Shown here: piece by piece, positions 62,330-64,000 of the stretch
Numbering within the stretch: position 1 is the first letter of the stretch
Layout of the letters: every line of letters begins with the position of its first letter
From: Malacoraja senta
Lineage: Eukaryota
Assembly: GCA_038087875.1 (NCBI GenBank)
Contig: JAXLNO010000446.1
Span: 248,001 to 312,000 of the forward strand
Length of the DNA stretch: 64,000 bases
Reading direction: 5' to 3'
Translations under genes and position numbers: made by a program
Notes under the pieces: model-generated
Database searches by the model: none
What the model was told of the DNA's origin: nothing
The model's input: the letters and a program-made list of their open reading frames with translations, nothing else

Positions 62330-62745
62330 CTAGACCAAGTGCAGACCCGTTGGGTCTGTTCCCCCAACGTGCGGTTGCGGGGGGGTGAAGGGGGGGAGGG
62401 GGTGGCATGTGGCGTCACACACACTAACTACCACCCCACACACATGCTAACTACCCCCCTTGATATTATATTAATATTATTAATTTGCTCCTTTTACCCC
62501 ATAACCGCCCTATGCACTGACGCATAGCCCCCAACTCGCAGGCACGTCTAGAGAGGGGGGCGGGGTAGAGAGTGAGGGCAGAGAGAGAATGGGGAGCGAC
62601 AGAGAGGGAGGGGCAGAGACAGAAGGGCAAGAGACAGAGGGAGAGGGGGATGGAGGGGAGGAGGAGAGGATGGGTGTGTGAGGGGGGAGGGTGGGGGAGG
62701 AGGGGAGAGGGAGATGGGGAGAGAGTGGGGAGGGGGAGGGTGTAT
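62330..62745 (-). mobile_element. Helitron-like element, copy 3 (3' end retained)
   Basis: actagaccaagtgcagacccgttgggtctg is identical to 12391-12420. Confidence 0.7.
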
Positions 62746-63799
62746 GGAACAAGGGGAATAGATAGGGTAGATGCGCAGTCCTAGGCCCGCTCCTCGTGTG
62801 TGATCAGGGAGTGAATGTATAGAGTCTTTTACCCAGAGTAGGGAAATCGAGAACCAGAGGACGTAGGCTTAAGGTGAGGGGGGAAAGATTTAATAGGAAC
62901 CTGAGGGGCAACTATTTTCACACAGAGAGTGATTGGGTGTATGGAACAAGCTGCCAGAGGAGGTAGTTGAGACAGGGACTATAACAACATTTAAAAGACA
63001 TTTAGACAGGTACATGGATAGGACAGGTTTAGAGGGATATAGACCAAAGGGGGCCAGGTGGGACTAGCATAGATGGGGCATGTTGGTTGGCGTGGACAAG
63101 ACCTGTACCCGTGCTGCATGACTCTATAACTCGAAAACATTTTTTAGGCAGATTAATGTGATTTATTCTGTATTGGCATAGATCATTGGCGCTGGAAACC
63201 TGGAACAAAGTTCCGTTTTCATTCCACGGGAGAGTCTCATGTAAATATTACATTGACATTCACTTCAATGGATCCAGCTCACATCTGTACTAAAGCTGTA
63301 CACATGCCAAAGTCACTTTATTTTCCCATTAATGGGATATCTCATCATTACTTGTCTGTCAGTGGATATATTCTCGATACTGCTGACAGCTCAGATGTTA
63401 TGTTTATTGTAATATAATTATAGAAAAATTGCATGTCTTGTTTTTTTGTGAATGGGAGAACTATCTCGCTGATTGAGAGAGACAGTTTCCCCATTTAAAA
63501 AAAAACAAGACATCCAATCCTCTAATCACAGAGTAATAGTCATGTAGCACACAAACAGGCCCTTCGGCCCAACCTGTCCATGCCAACTAATGTCAGCTAG
63601 TCCTATTTGTCTGCGTTTGGCCCTCACCCATCCAAAGCTTCCCTTTCCATGTACCTATCCAAGTGACCTTAGACAAAACATGTTCCTGATGTTGGGGGAG
63701 TCCAGAACCAGGGGCCATAGTTTTAGAATAAGGGGTAGGCCATTTAGAACGGAGATGAAGAAAAACTTTTTCTCACAGTTGTGAATTTGTGGAATTCTC

Positions 63800-64000
63800 A
63801 AGTCAAGAATCAAGATTCCTTTATTGTCATTCAGACCTTTCGGTCTGAACGAAATTGTGATGCCTGCAGTCATACACAGAACCAATAATAACAAAACATA
63901 CAATAAACACAAATTAAACATCCACCACAGTGAGTTCACCAAGCACATCCTCACTGTGATGGAGGCAAAGTCTTAGTCTCCGTCTCTTCCCTGCCTCAGA
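63800..64000 (-). mobile_element. Rex1-type-tailed retroposon 3' end, runs off the window
   Basis: Shares ctgcagtcatac, acatcca.cacagtga and ctgtgatgga.ggcaaagtctt with 41770-41925. Confidence 0.65.

Overview
This is vertebrate nuclear DNA, very probably from an elasmobranch (skate/ray/shark type), judged from its repeat set: HER1/CR1 LINEs and HE1/V-SINE-like SINEs. It reads as intronic or intergenic sequence dominated by transposable elements: two young CR1 subfamilies plus older CR1, RTE, Rex1/Babar, an L1/Tx1 3' end, Penelope (GIY-YIG) elements with many hammerhead-bearing pseudo-LTR fragments, non-autonomous Helitrons and two PIF/Harbinger MITEs. Nearly all ORFs in the track are TE fragments or their antisense shadows. 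No host gene can be named; two short candidate + strand exons (9887-9953, 32803-32858) sit in repeat-free islands. The most unusual structure is a ~9.5 kb double DIRS (tyrosine-recombinase) retroelement at 12843-22385 on the minus strand. It has two diverged gag-RT-RNaseH-MT-YR bodies head-to-tail, two left termini, and only one ICR and right terminus. That right ITR matches the OUTER left ITR (36/37 nt), and the termini are well preserved while the ORFs are decayed, which suggests it moved as one chimeric non-autonomous unit. It lies inside an 11.3 kb nested TE stack that splits one CR1 tail. Repeat boundaries were read by eye and are approximate unless a TSD or TIR is quoted.
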